The translations under genes were made by a program, and so were the position numbers. From Podarcis vaucheri (lineage: Eukaryota): a stretch of DNA of 64,000 nucleotides. The first letter of the stretch is position 1; each line of letters opens with the position of its first letter. The DNA is taken from the NCBI GenBank assembly GCA_965113315.1, contig OZ220372.1. One strand, written 5' to 3'. The notes under the pieces were generated by a model. That model made no database searches and was not told where the DNA came from. It saw nothing but the letters and a program-made list of their open reading frames with translations. Positions 30,267 through 45,384 of the stretch are shown here, piece after piece.

Positions 30267-32899
30267 TAGTACAATTAAATCTGCTTTATACCTTTTGCTA
30301 ACATGCTTTTTATTTTCTTTTTTTTGCTGATGACATTCTGAGTATCTGGTGTTGAATTATTTGCTTTTGAATGGGAGAATAGCTCTGGTGCTGCAATAAA
30401 TCTAATATTGTTTTAATCCTTAAATTTATATTATAAATTTATATTATAAATCCAATCATGTTAGAATGTCCAGTTACATATGTATATGTAATTTATGATA
30501 AATAAATAAAATTTTAAATTTTAAAATGAAAATAACATTCTTAGTCAAATGGGGGGGGGAACTCAGACCCAGAAGAACTGATTCTTTGGCATGGTAGCAA
30601 TTTGATTAATTATTTAGCATCTTGTTATCATGCTAGTTCAGCGCTAATGAGAAGCCTTATTGCAAAGGGAAATGCGTGACTAGGCTGCCAGTTGGGATTC
30701 AACATCATGCTGATCAGGCAACCTAAAGGCAAGAATTCATAATACATGTATTTGTGCGCAATTAATCACAAGCAGTTATACCAAATTCAAATCAGAAAAG
30801 ACCTGCACAATACCTTCCTTTAATATTTCTTCATTTTGCACACACAGCCCTGAAGTCCCATTATGATTAACGATAGAAAGATATACTCGGAGGGGAAGAG
30901 TTTATGCACAGCCTTAAAGGGAGAAAAAAATACTCAGAGGCTTGTGCAACTCAAATAAAACTCCCTCTGGGAAGGCAAAAGCATAGGTTTTGCATACCTT
31001 GGAAAACAAGGAAGTTGCCTTATACTGAGTTAGGCCATTGGTTCATCTAGCTTAGTATTGTAACTCTGGGCACTTCTCCTTAGCTGAAATTTCAGTAAGC
31101 CAGAGGGCATTCTGTGTAATACTCTGCCACTTTCATGATATAACAGGTTTCCGGAGAGCCAATAATGGAAATATAGTAATATTGCTAATAAAGATGCCTA
31201 GAGGTCAGGAAAAAGAGAAGCACATATCCACACCTGCCAAGACAAGGGGCAATGATCGTCCTTCTGTGTGTGCCCTCTCCAAGGGAGGCGTGGAGGGTGG
31301 CAACATGAGAACAGCCCTTTTCAGAGGCAGCCCCCTGTTGTGAAATGTTCTCCCCAGGGAGGTGTGCATGGCACCGTCACTCACTGCTTTTAGGAGCCAG
31401 GCAAAGTCGGTGCTTTTCAGCCAGGCTTCTGGAATTAACTTGGAGGGATTTAGATACTGTGGACTCCAGGATCCATTAGACCACCTTTTATGTAAATGAA
31501 AGTTTGCCATTTTTATTTTGTTTTGCACTGGTTTTAAGTTTTCTATTACATTGCAAGTTGTTCTAAGTTTACTTCAACTTTTAAAAAGTGACTAATCATT
31601 CCAGTATTATTAGCGCAATGGTCAAGAATCAATGAGGAAATACAGAAGAAACGTCTAATGTTGTGTCTCTATACAGCTCCCAAGCATCTAGGGTGATTTG
31701 ACCCTCTTGACTTTGCCACTCAATTTCCTTTTTACCAATCCCTTCATTTTTGGGAAGTTTCTTCAATTGTTAATTTATTATCTCCTATCAACAATATGGA
31801 GAGTTAATCTATTTTCTTCTTCTTTAAAGTGTGGGTGACTATTTGCTTTTGCAAAGCAATGGAAAGGTATTCCATATCCACAGGAAACAATCAAAACAAT
31901 GTATGAAGACTGGCATTTATGCAATTGACTAGTATCCCCAGTTTGATGCTGATGAGCATGAATATGGGAACTGGCCCTCTACGAATAGGTGTTTTTATCA
32001 GTATTATTATAATAGTGCTGCTTTTTTCATCAGGTGAAGAAGCATCTTATGACCTCAGGGCTAAAAATTTTCATACTCTCAAAATACCACCCAAAACTAT
32101 TCAGCAAAGGGCAAAACCATGGACATACCCTCAACAGGAGTTATTTCTCCAGTCCGTGATGGAATCACCTTTATGATGAAGGTGACACGGTGAACTTCTG
32201 GGTTCGTGGGTGGGTGGGGAAAGGAGGATTTAGTGATTACACTGATGTTAGGCATATCACTTTCAATTGCAAAGCTTCCTTAATGCCAGCACTTTAAAAT
32301 GCTTTTGTAACATCAGAAATCATGTCAGACCATTTTAAAGCCTAATTAAAAAGAACAAACAAGAATGTTGAATCTCCAGAAGGGGTTTCAAAAGAAGACA
32401 GACCAGGACTTTGATCTGTTGAAACATTTCCACAGGCAAAAAGCAACAGATGCCAAGAGGGGAGGGGGAATACTCAAGGTTTTCAGTGATGAGTGTGCAT
32501 TGCACCCGGGGCTGGTTGAACAGGTCAACTGAATAGTGCTGAATTCTGTAGATGAACACCAACAGAGACATCTCAGTAATCAGTAACCGAGACAGAATGG
32601 AAGATCTGCAAATCTAATGGTCAGTGCTCCGTTGACAGTGCAGGAAAGTCGGAATTGAAACCTCATGGCAGAATGAAGTTAACCCCAGAGGTGATTTATG
32701 GCACTTTGACTTGGGTGAAACAGTCAACAGTAAATCAGTAATGTCAAAACCAAGAAATGAGCCAAGTACTCAATACTACAGTTAATTTAACAGCTTTCTC
32801 TCCTGCTAACAAGAAACTGTCTCTCATCAAACTGTTAAATTAACCAACTGTGCGTACACAAATTGACGGTTTCAACAGAAAAAGGGCTAATCTGCACTA

Positions 32900-33480
32900 C
32901 TGGATGAAACAGATTATCTGGATCCATTTCAATCTGGATTCTGACCTAGATTTGGAATTGCTTGGTGGCTCTGATGGATGGCCTATATTGAGACATAGAT
33001 GGAGGTATATAACCCTGCTTATTTTGTTGGATATCTCTGGAGGATTTAATACCAACTAACCATGGTATTCTCCCACATAGGGTCTCTGAGTTGAGGGATC
33101 AAGGGCATCGTTTTTCAGTGGCTCTGCTCCTACCTAGAGGGCCAGTTCCAGAGGAGGTACTGTGCTACTGTATTTCAGCCCAGTAGCATCTATGTTATGG
33201 GGTCTCACACGGATCAATTTTGTTTCTTATGTTCAACATTTACATAAAGTTAATGAAGGATATTATAAGAGGATATGTAATTGGATGGCATCAATATGCC
33301 AAGGACACTCAGCTCTACCTATATTTCCCAGCTATCTCAGGTGAAGCAGAAGTGCTGATCCAGTGCTTGCAAAAAGCAATGGATTGGATGAGGGTTAATA
33401 AATTTAAAATTAATCCTGACAAAACAGGTGCTGTTTTTGGATGGTTCATCTGCACAGGAAGGAACCTGCCTTCTCCTTAA
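32900..33480 (+). pseudogene. Decayed L2/CR1-clade LINE reverse transcriptase fragment
   Basis: Peptide remnants LLILLDISGGFNT, HQYAKDTQLYL (YADD-like) and DWMRVNKFKINPDKT across frameshifts. Confidence 0.75.
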
Positions 33481-36400
33481 AATATCAGGTGTGCAGACTG
33501 TGGGTGCTATTTGGTTAATCTTTACCGCCTGCACATATTGGGTGATATGCCCAATAGTAAATCCACTGTTATCTATAGATATATATTTTTTAAAATTATA
33601 GGCTGTATTTTAAAATAGTGTTGCCCTCTCAAGCCCTTGGAATAAGAGTGTGTTAAAAACAAATATAAATAAGTACGCTTTAGTCTTACTTTACTGTTGT
33701 GTAGCATAAAACAATCTTCAGAAAAGAAGGGAATACTTAAGAACATATGAGTCTGCTGGATCAAATCAATGGCCCCTATAGACAAGCATCTTGTTCACAC
33801 AATGGCCTGTGGAAAGCCTGCAAGTTGGACCTGGGAGCAACAGCATTCTGCCCACTCAAAGTCCCCACAACTGGTATCCAGAGGCATAGTGCCTTTGACA
33901 GTGAGGAAGAACATAGTCCAGATTCCCAGACACAATGAACAAATGCTCTGCCTGACCTGCTAATCAAACACATAGAAACTGTAAAGAAAAGAAGTGTTTT
34001 AACTTGCAGAAGTGGGTGAAAGCTTGCTACTGACCAGCTCAGTAACTGAGATATAACTTAATCATACACTGCACAAGAATGATTAATTTTTGCATTATTG
34101 TGTTTTGCAATTCTCCTGAATGTAGTACATTGTGAAACTGGCAAAATTAATCTCTCCGCCTTGAAGACTCCAGAGCATTACTTCTCACGATTACAGAAAG
34201 AGACAGAGGAAAGCCTTCTAATGACTCCAGTGCTTGAATAAAAACACTGTTACACAGGCACAAGCAAGTTCACATGACCACTGTACAGGATGGTGCTGGT
34301 TGGGTTTTCTTTCCTTTTTTTGAGCACAAGCCAAAATTTCCACCCCACTGTTTGATCCATTTTGGAAAGGTTTGCAAGAGCACCATGCAAAATAGCAATT
34401 TTTGTGACCAACAAACAGCTCCAGTGCGCAGAACCCATCTAACCCCTGCCCCCCTGCTGTAGCAAGTAGGGATTTAATTTTTTCCTCACAAAAGGAGGTG
34501 GAACAGCTAAGGAACTTGCGGAAAAACAGATACAGAGGCTCCATACTGCAACAGAAACTTTTTTGATTCCCTGGGCAGTGACTAATTTGGCATGTTTCTT
34601 TTACTTGCATTTAGTAAACAAAGTAAAATAAAAAGTTTGAACTGTCATGCTTGCCTAATATGGTATTTGCAACTGACATCCACCGTTACAAATGAATGTT
34701 AAGAAAAGGGGGGAAATCAATGGGAAAATCAGAAGCTGGAAAATGTTCTGCCCACATTACTGCTGGAAACCCAAACTCTTGGACTGACATGCTGATTTTA
34801 GTACTAGATAGTGATTTTACAAAATGTGAACATAAAATCTGTTCTCTTGCTGCTTTATGTCCAAGACATATGCTTCCTACATACAAGATGGGGGGAATGG
34901 GACACTTGGGAATCTACTTTATATTCTCTAGTCTATGACATGTTGTGTTTCTTCCTTACGACAAGCATCTTCATAGACTGAGGTTGTTGTAGGCAGGTAT
35001 TCAAGCAAGTGAATGTACGTTTTTGGCCAAATGAAATTAAGTTGCTCCAGATCTGATTTAAACCCACAAATATTATGTCTCCTTATCACTCACCTCCCTG
35101 CATCACAGGAAGTACAGTCTGTCCCAGGTAATTATAATTGGTGGGTATTTCCATTTCAAAAATAGCTCATAAAAGCTCTGTGTAGCTGACTATTTGAAAC
35201 AGAAGACTCCTGAAGACAGAGAAACTTTCATCATGTATAAATTACATCTAAACAAATGAAAATCTTCAAAGTATTGTGGGAGAAATGAGAATGGGAGGGG
35301 AAAAGAAGCCTCTTCATTGGGATGTAATTGCCTTTTGGAGGAAATCAAGGTGTTTGGGGATAGAAGTATATCTGTAATATAATCTAAGCAAACAGATGAA
35401 AGATTTTGTGCTATTTTCTTGTAATTATTTTTCCAAGCATAGGGTTAAGTGGATTTTGAGAGCTTCCAAAGTACACTGCATTTCCTAGAGGATTACCACT
35501 CCAACAAGGGTAGTTCAGCCTTTTAAGTCTAGGATAAGATTTTCAAAAAGACAGCATCAGAAGGTTCCAGGGTGCACTGGCACTACAAATTCCCTACATT
35601 CCTCAACTTTCAGTCAAGCAAAAGTGAATACCCACACCACATTTTTGCCTGTATGCACCAGGGCAGCCACCATTGGGGATGATTTTTGTTCCAGCCATAA
35701 AAAGCACAGTTGATTCCTTTTTATCAATTTACATGGTCAATAGCTGTGCTGTGGCCATTCTTCTGGCAAATATACAGATTCTGTGGCCTCACATGCAGCT
35801 ATAGCTCCAAACAAGTTTGAGAACTATGATCCAGAGTGTCTTGTCAAGGTAGATAAAGAATTTAGGAAGTGAGAGATACATTGTAGTTAAGGAAAGGAAT
35901 ATCAACCATCTTTTTTAGAGCATAGTAGAGGAACCCATGGCACTCTTAACTGTTGTTGGTCTCCAATTCCATAATTCCTAACCATTTACTATGCTGGCTG
36001 GAGCTATGAGAGTTCAATGATGTCTGGATAGGAACAGGTTCCTCATTCCTATTTTATACGCAACAACCATTCTCAGGGGAAACGGGAATATGCTTCACGG
36101 TAAATCCATTTATCTTCTATTATCTGCATCTGAGGGAACACTCATGACTTACATGGAGCATTTGCAGTGTTTATGCTAGTGCATAGTGACATGAAGATGC
36201 AAAAGTGAAGATGCATGTTCACACAGTGAACTCACTCCAACTAAAACACATAGTGAGCACACACCCAGAAACCATGGCCACTTGGGTTCATCAGTGCATA
36301 TAAATGTACAATCCAATGGCCCCTGAGAGGGCACTGCAGGGGCCATGGAGTAGACTAGATCTACCCCACCCCCGCATTGTCAGAGACAGACCTGATGTTA

Positions 36401-37347
36401 GAGCTCACCTCTTTGATACCACCAACTTCTCTAAAGCCCTGGCCCAACCAACATTGCAGCTTCTGCACTGGAAAAGCCAAGTAGTGTTATAACAGTGGAA
36501 GGGATAGGATTCAAAGGATCCTAAGCCTTCCTGGTGCCAAGAAAGAATCAATTTAGACATGCGTCTGAGTGCATCTGTAGCTGTCTTTCCCTTCCCTCGA
36601 CTCCTATTGTTCCCAATAGGAGGGGAAGGTGTATAAAGGAGGAACAACATTGTGTTCCACTGTTTGTTTCTTCTCTGTGTATATAAATCTTCACAACTGA
36701 CCCCAAAACTGCATGCTTCAATATAACTGAACTGTTCTAGCAAATCCAGATTGTATGCAAGCATTTCCTCATCTCTTCAGAGTTGAGCTGGTGCAGTATA
36801 GCAGGTTCTGTTGGGAAGTGCCAGAAGCCCTGTTGTCCAGATACAGAAACATTCCACATGTGTAGGGTGTGTGAGAATTAACCCTGATAACCTCGGCCTT
36901 GATCTCTGTGCATTTTGCCATCTTTTCTGTCCATAGTTTATGACAGTTCTTTGGTCTGCACCATTCACCAGCTTCTATCACACCACAGCCATCTCAGTTG
37001 TTCAGAGGAAAGATAACAATTGAAACAACTGTGAGGTGGGATTTATATTGCCTTTATTTACTGCACTGGCCCTCCGTAGCCTATACCCCTGATTCTACTT
37101 AGACAACAGTCCAGTTAAAGAATCTTAGTTAACTGGGGATGCGAGGGACTGAACACTGGACCTTGTGCATGCAAAGCATGCTTTGGGTCTTCCCCTGCTC
37201 CTGTTTATTTATAGTTAGGTTTAAATTTGGCCTTATGCTTTGGCTTCTTTTTGGTATTTTGATTTACTGAGAAGCTGGAAGGTTGGCCTTTCTTAACACA
37301 TAACACATGCATAATGCAATGCTTATTTCACAAAAGTAAGAACATAC

Positions 37348-37986
37348 CTGTGTAGTCTTCATAACATTCACAAGTGTAGCCTCCTTCTCTGCTTCGGCAA
37401 AGGCCATTGTTTCCACAAGGGTTAGAGTAGCACAAGTCAATCTCCGTTTCACAGTAGTCACCTGTAAACCCAGGGGGACACCGACACCTCAGCCCATTGA
37501 TGGGGTGTATGGGTCGGAACAGGACACTGTTTGAGCTGATAAATGGAGCAGAGCTGTCAAATTTAAGTACGGACACGCACTTCATGTAGTTTTCACAAGG
37601 CTCCCGCAGACAAATGTTGTCATCAAAAGGCAATACCCGCTGGGTAGATATCAATGTTAGGAGTGTCCTGTTGAGGTATATCTGCTCCTGAAGGTCCTCC
37701 GAGGGGAAGAACTTGTTCCGAATGCCACCAGGAAGCAAAGCAGAAAAGGTCACATTCAGAATATTGGAGCTGACATCTGTGTCGTTTTGAATATTGAAAA
37801 CAAAAATACCCTCTTTGGTTGTCGACAGCACAGTAGCCACACCTTCCACAAAGAGAGCAAGCAGTGGTGAGAGAAACTTCTCTTGAGACATGTTTTCCAG
37901 TCGTACTGTGATACTGTTGGTCAGCATGTCATCAGTAATGATTGTCACCCGTAAGGTGCAAAGCGCTGTAACACTGTGAATGCCAT
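37348..37986 (-). CDS. CELSR1: CELSR1 coding exon (probably exon 2; end of last cadherin repeat, Flamingo box region, EGF-like domains), 639 bp
   Basis: gtccatAG|AT GGC ATT CAC...TAC ACA G|GTatgt; encodes [42 protein letters not shown]...[19 protein letters not shown]..., typical of Flamingo/CELSR and closest to CELSR1 as I recall it. Confidence 0.95.
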
Positions 37987-40900
37987 CTATGGACGAAAGA
38001 GAGAAGAATCAGAGGTGTTTCCAGAAACATTCCCAAGTGCTTACACATGCAGGCACCATCAAATATGGGGTGCTGATTCATATCATGCACAAGAGCAGTA
38101 AAGAGTATGCCAGCCAACATCTCAAATGGCTAGTGGTAGTTCAGTGCTGTAAAGACTCCACAAATGGCAGCAGCCAGGAGGACCTGGCCCACTGATAACT
38201 GTGAGGTCAAAAGGAGCCCTGACAGCATGGAAATGGGTAGGATCAATGAAGTTATTTAGAATGGAACTTTATGCATTTCAGATCAGTAGCTGGCAGCTTA
38301 CAATACACACTATGAAGTTCTCACTTTCTACACAACACCCACAATATCCACTCAAGCAGCAGGCTCAAATTCAAGGAGCTAAAACCAAAAGTAGACTTCC
38401 GTCAGGAGGGATTCCAGGAGCTCCATAAGCAAAAATACAATCTAACTCTCATTCTACCAGCCAAGAAAGCTTCACCAGTTCCACTACAATCCTCATATAT
38501 CCGGATCTAAAGTACAAATGTAGCTAGTCTCAAAATCCAGGAAATAAATAAAACAATAACATTAAACCTTTTGATTTTGGAGGTCAATCTTATTTCCTCT
38601 CACCTTGCCAGAAAATTATGAACCAGGAACTTTTCCAGGGCTCCAAATGTAATGGGATCTGATAAAGCATACATAGTTACCACATCCTATGTACAAATAA
38701 ATAAACTAATTATTTGTGTATGCGTGCTTGTGTATATAAACATACGCTTCTTAAATTTATTACAACATTGAAATTGCAAATCTAGCATTGTATCCATTCA
38801 ATAATTTTATGCAACAATGCATTTTTGAAAATAAACATTTTCCATAGAATAAAATCATATTTTAAAGAGTTTAAAGAAAAGAAACTGAAAAAACCATGAA
38901 AAAATATGGTGATGGAAAAATTTTCTACCTTACATCACTGCAGCTAATTTTCTGAGATTTACTTGTGCAAGCTATATGGCCAAGATAGTTAAATAAAGCA
39001 GAAAACTGAAATACATCAAGTAAAGAGGAATTTCATCTCTAATGGCCATAGAAAATTGTTTTGGTTTGTATTCCATCTGTTATCTCTAAATTATCCGCAG
39101 CAAAAACCTAAGGATGACTTGTTTTATCTTAAGTCCCAATGTTTTTAATTGACTTGCTGCTAAGTATTACTTTAATAGTCTATTATTTATATTGTTGCAT
39201 TTTCTGTGAATGTTCTTAACTGCCTTGAGTTCTGTTTTATAGGGGATTGGTAGGAAATAAGTTATCCCCATTAATAAATAAAATAAATGTGCTCCTCATC
39301 ATAATAAACTCTTTGCTCACTTATCTAATATCTTTACAATTTTGAATTAGAGAAGCAGTAGGCGAAGGCTATTACTGAAAATGGTAGTGAAAGTTTCACA
39401 GATTAATAACAGAAAAAACAATCTCACGTGTTTCTAGTACATATCTCAGAAGTACTCAGAATTCAGCACAATGAGGACTGCAGCCTGAGTGATCAACTCT
39501 AATCTGTTAACTGTGTACTATATAGTATTTTTACTATATAAAAATATAGTAATTATATTAAAATTACCTACAAACCTGAGTAAAACAATCCATCTACTTG
39601 CCTTTAATGCTATGATGCAGTTTATCTATGTCAGTTTTGTTGCAAATTTTTAAAAAACTTTTTAAGCTGAACCATTTAAGTTAGGAAGGACTATGGATCT
39701 GAATAAATACATTAACCACACCAGCATTAAACATTTTCAGTCACTAGTGATCAGCCTAGACAGAAGTTCCTAAAACAGGCTTGTCAGGTTAACCAGTAGT
39801 GTCTTTTGCATCTTTTAACATCAATCATTCTGAAACCTGATTATCAAGCAGATGCATAGCTGGAATACTTAAAAGTATTCAGTAGCAGTGGTATATTGCA
39901 ATGAGCAGGGGCATCAAAGACTTGGTGCCATTCATCAAGTTGCCTGCATGCTTTCACTCATAGTCTGAACACCCACAACCCCAACTTTATTTAAAAGGTA
40001 GATGTCTCATTGCAATTAGCATTGTCTTTATCTTGAAGAGATTGGTGAGCATTTGGATAAGTCTTAAGGGGCAAAGGAGAAAAGCCAAGTCTCTTCTCCT
40101 GAACAGCTCATTAGTGGAAGCAACTTCCTACCCCTGCACCCCACCGTATTCTCCTCCTATATTGGTCAACGAAACTGTACTCAGAACATAACATATTTGG
40201 GTTAATTAGCTATTTAACCCATAGTGTGCTTCAACCAAAGTAAAAATTGCATCGCTGTAACTAATTCTGCAAACGGGGCTGGCTTTAACTGTGAGAAACC
40301 TTGGTTAGACTAAATATCCCCCCCCCCAAAAAAAAATGGTGGTTGCCAAAAATTCCAAAAGCAGAATCCGGACATGAGAATAGATCAACAGATGATGCCT
40401 ATAAATGTAACCATTTCTAAGTCCCGTTGATTTTAGTAATAAGGAGTTAGGGATGTGCTTGAACCACAAAGAAATAAGGAGTAAATAATTCCCAGGCTAT
40501 CTCTGACTCGCCTTTCAAGCAAGGGAACCAATGCACCATCTTTAAAGCTCTGAAACCGGAAAATGACTGCTAATAATATTGGTAACCCAGAACCACTACG
40601 AAAAAACTATGAATTTTCTTGCTGAATTTCATGGGATGTGGATTGCACTTAAAAGGTACAGTTCAGATATCATTTAAGAAAACAGCAAAACTCTTGTTGC
40701 TTTTAACAATAAATGTAGATTCAGTGCATGGGCAGAGTGTGGATTTCAGCACAATAGAAATATAGGATGCAACTTATTACAGTAAATGAACACAAACAAC
40801 ACTAACTAATCATTCAGGCTTACTTTGCAATAACTGCCATCTAGATATAAGCCTCAAGTTGGTTTCTGGTTCCCGGTTCCTATGCAACAGGGGGTTTGCG

Positions 40901-43460
40901 TGTTTTGCCTCCTGGCAGCACAATGTATTATTATAGTTCCTCTCTCATAACTACAGTGAAGAAAAGGTACTGAACAAAGAGCTTTTTTCCCCCTTAAGAA
41001 AAGCACAATGATGTATATCACATGGTATGTATACCAAGAAGACAAAATATCATTACTGTGTGAGAAACCACTGGAGTCCAGGAACTGTCATAATCAATAT
41101 CAACTGTCACAATATACAAGACGGCTTCCCCAGAATTCCCAGCATCTATTCTGACACAGTTAATAAATCACCATAAAAGGCACAGCGTCAAGACACCATA
41201 CAGCTTTGTCCTCCAAAAAGTGAGCACAAAAGGAAATTGGACATGAATGCAAGCAGCTATGGTGATGCTGAAATACAAACTATAAAGCAGTTTAAAATAA
41301 CTTTGTTCAATCCTACAACACAAGGATAGTGGGGTATTGAAAAGAAACCACATTTAAACATAAATAAAAGATTTTTATTTAAAATTGTTAGCGCAATAAG
41401 CACAACCATGTTTTTGCCAGACAACTGGCCTCTGACTAATTGCTATAGGCCACAGCATGCGAGAAAATCAGTTTGTTAGAAATTGTTCACTTAAAAAATA
41501 GGAGGGACTTGTGCCTAGCGCTTATGAAAGAACAATACGCCTTATTCTGAAGGCCTCTGCTAGAATGAAAATGCAATGAGCTAATAATACAACCCAACTC
41601 CAACACTTGTTGCAGCAACAAACTTGCTGAGAAGGGGGTCATCAACCTCTGCCCCAGCATGAGGCATGATGTTATAAAGGCTCTGCTGTGATGTTATGAC
41701 TGCACCACAAAAAACTGAACACTGACACAAATGCTGATGATTAAAGACTGTGCATTAAGGTTTAAGCAACTTGTTTAAACTGGGGGATAGTAACTATAAC
41801 TGTACATTGAATCTCAACTAAGGAGAGGTGAAAGGCTGATAATGTTTAACGCTGCAGTAATATTAAACACATGCAAGTGAATTCCATACAACATGCTTCT
41901 GAGTAGACTTGCATACTTATGTGCATTTAACATGCACATTCAGCTTTATACACCTGAAAAAAAAACTAAAAAGGGGACAGAAAGGGGATGAGTGTCCAGG
42001 AAAAGACTTTGGCAATCCCACCCACTATTGAACCCAATAGGTTTTGATTATACACAATTTTGGCTTTTAGACACAATCTTGGGAATGTAACCCCAACGTG
42101 AAATGAGAGTCGCCTGTACAAAATCCCAGTCAGTCACTTTGTACAACAAAGGCAGCTGACCAGATAAAAACTCATACAACTTTGTAAGTGAAATATAGAT
42201 AGTCTTCCACCTCAGGAGGCACATTTACTGTCGTACTCCAAGTATGACAATGACAGCAATCTTATCCCCATTTTACCAGGACTAAGCCAAATTGAATTCA
42301 CTAGGACTTACTTCTGAGTAGACATAGTTAGGATTGCAGTCTCTAAGTCTGGATTCAATTCCACAAAATATTTCTGAATCCTTGGATGAAAATAATATAA
42401 ACAATTGAGGAAATATTATTAAAGAAAAGTTGAAAAAGTCATTCCAACGTTCTGTTCCATTTATGTAATTTGCAGGGAGACTGTTTTATTTTAACACACA
42501 AGCACTCACCATGAATCCCTCACTGATATCTTTTTAAAAGATGAGTCATATTTATCTTTGGTGATTATGGCTGGAGATCTGGAAATGCTTCATAAAAGGG
42601 AGGCAAATGTTTTGGGTTTCTTAAAGCTCCCACTTACAAGATATCACCTTTGTGGATGTCTGAATAGTGTGACTAAATTAAGAATATGACCTCAGTAAGG
42701 AAAGGAAAACTGGAAAAGGAACTGCATTTCCTTTGCTGTAAAGGGCAAAAGCCAATTCCTTTGCCACAGGCAGGAAATGCCAGCTAAATGCAGAACCACT
42801 GTCCCTAGAATTGGAAATAACTTTTTTTTTTTAATGCATTTCCCTATTTCACTCAAATAGGAGAATCTGCAGACAAATAGGGAGATTGTGATCTATGGAC
42901 AAACCAGTCAGCAATGAGATTCAGGATTGAGTCTGGTACCTAGCGAATTGAGTCTGTTACCTAGGGAATTTGCAACATTTTAAAAAGACCTGCTTGAATT
43001 AACTTCCAGTTTATCAAACATATACCGCATTTTGAAAGTGTTTCGATGAAGAACATGTGGCTCTCCAGATGTCACTGGGACTGCAACTACCAACAGCCCT
43101 GAACACTGGTTTTGTTGGCTGGGGATTACAGGAGTCTGAGTCCAACAACGTCTAGAGGGCCCTGCTCTAAAGTCTTGTTTGCGCAGAACTGGTAATTTAG
43201 AGAACCCATAGGAACAAATCACACATACCCCAAGCCTTTCTAGATACTGTGCCTTGAGCTCATGTACTCCTTCCATGCTCTATCTCACGCGGATGCTGTA
43301 ATTTTCTCTTTTACTTTCTGGTTTTCACAGACTAGTTTCCGGCTACATCCACATTGGGAAGACTGACTTGCACAATGCAATGTTTGCCAATTATGAAACT
43401 TCTTCCAACTGTTGTTTCCAATTTTATTTAAGAAGCAAACTGTGGTTTACATACACCATA

Positions 43461-43821
43461 AGGTAAAAGGTAAAGGTACCCCTGCCCGTACGGGCCAGTC
43501 TTGCCAGACTCTAGGGTTGTGTGCTCATCTCACTCTAGAGGCCGGGAGCCAGCGCTGTCCGCAGACACTTCCGGGTCACGTGGCCAGCGTGACAAGCTGC
43601 ATCTGGCGAGCCAGCGCAGCACACAGAACGCCGTTTACCTTCCCGCTAGTAAGCGGTCCCTATTTATCTACTTGCACCTGGGGGTGCTTTCGAACTGCTA
43701 GGTTGGCAGGCGCTGGGACCGGACGACGGGAGCGCACCCAGCCGCGGAGATTCGAACCGCCGACCATGCAATTGGCAAGTCCTAGGCGCTGAGGTTTTAC
43801 CCACAGCGCCACCCGCGTCCC
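43461..43821 (-). mobile_element. Full-length Sauria SINE (Squam1-type)
   Basis: Minus strand starts GGGACGCGGGTGGCGCTGTGG and ends in an (ACCTTT)n tail; flanking duplication TTACATACACCATA at 43447-43460 and 43824-43837. Confidence 0.9.
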
Positions 43822-44090
43822 AGTTACATACACCATAGTTTGCCCAATTAAGACACTCTCTGGTTTGTGTAAACCAAAGAGTGAGGGAAGGAAGTGTGGT
43901 TCACGGAAGGAGGGAGCATGCAACCGCTGACCATGCGATTGGCAAGTCCTAGGCGCTGAGGTTTTACCCACAGCGCCACCCGCGTCCCAGTTACATACAC
44001 CATAGTTTGCCCAATTAAGACACTCTCTGGTTTGTGCAAACCAAAGAGTGAGGGAAGGAAGTGGGGTTCACGGAAGGAGGGAGCATGCAA
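43755..44090. repeat. ~167-bp tandem duplication covering the SINE 5' end and its flank
   Basis: aaccgc.gaccatgc...ggagggagcatgc occurs twice at an offset of 167 with a few substitutions. Confidence 0.88.
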
Positions 44091-44278
44091 GCAAGAGGAC
44101 CATTCACAATGGGCAAACTATGGTTTAGTTGCTACCTCTGAATTGGCTGCACAATTCTAGATATGATAGTGAGTCGTAGCAGTGACTCTTACAGCTCTTG
44201 TTTGTCAAAGTAAAGCATTTCTACACATTTGGCAGGAAGCACAACTGCTACTAGTGCTTCCTCCAGAAAATGCATAAA

Positions 44279-44323
<45 letters not shown>

Positions 44324-44765
44324 CGCCTTAAAGCCGTGCTTGTCCCATGCAGGCAAACCTCAACAGTCATTTTAAAAAATCCTTATTAAGGCTATTTTTT
44401 TCAGCCTTTATTGCTTTTGTGAACTCTTTCTCACATGTTTGTCTGCCTAGAAATCCCAGCTCATTGCAGATGATTCTGGGGCATATAGGATAGGGAACAA
44501 AACCAATTTCATTGGAATTTTTCAACGTAAAGCTATGGGCTTACTGTTACACCATAACAGTATGGGCTTATATGCACCATAGAATCCACACCACAGTTCC
44601 CTGTACGGGAGACTGATTGGTAGAAGTTGTAAACTATCTTTCTGAAAAGCTTTATCTCTTGCTCCTTATCTTCTCATTGAGGATCAGTTTCTCATGAATT
44701 TCAGGATTTGACACATTTGTCAAACCATTTGAGAACTTCTGCTTTAAGCAGTCATTTTCCATATA

Positions 44766-44971
44766 CAGTGGTACCTCGTGTTATATACTGTCCTCCTAAC
44801 GAACGCTGTGGGTTACAAGCTCTGCTAACCTGGAAGTAGAATCTCCGGGTTGCGAACTTTGCCCAGGGATGCGAACAGAAGTCGCGTGAAAGCGCGCCTC
44901 GTGTTAAGAACAGTTTCGGGTTACAAACGGACCTCCAGAATGGATTAAGTTCGTAACCAGAGGTACCACTG
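44766..44971. mobile_element. Tc1/mariner (Tigger-like) MITE
   Basis: TIRs CAGTGGTACCTC...GAGGTACCACTG with TA on both flanks. Confidence 0.85.
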
Positions 44972-45254
44972 TAAATAGTTTTAGCTCAGAGCTAAAGTGC
45001 CTACATAAAAAGCCAACTCTTGAAAGCAATGTCCTGCTTACGAGCAGGAAGAATCTCCCCCCTCAATATAAAACATATACATTAACACTCAGAAAGTATC
45101 ACATGTCATTAATTTTATGCAAAAATATAGCAGTTATGTGTAATCTTTAACAGGGCATCCCTACACAAAAACCACTTCCACCACGTAACAGCCGGACAAC
45201 CAGCTGATTTTGGAGTCAGCATGATTCACATGATTACCGTAGCCTAAATATATG

Positions 45255-45384
45255 AGCTTAATCATGCTGGCCACATGACCTAGAAGCTGTACGCCGGCTC
45301 CCTCAGCCAATAAAGCGAGATGGGCGCCGCAACCCCAGAGTCGGCCACGACTGGACCTAATGGTCAGGGGTCCCTTTACCTTTA
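45255..45384 (+). mobile_element. 5'-truncated Sauria SINE
   Basis: Ends ...ggggtccctttaccttta; flanking duplication CCTAAATATATG at 45243-45254 and 45385-45396. Confidence 0.85.
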
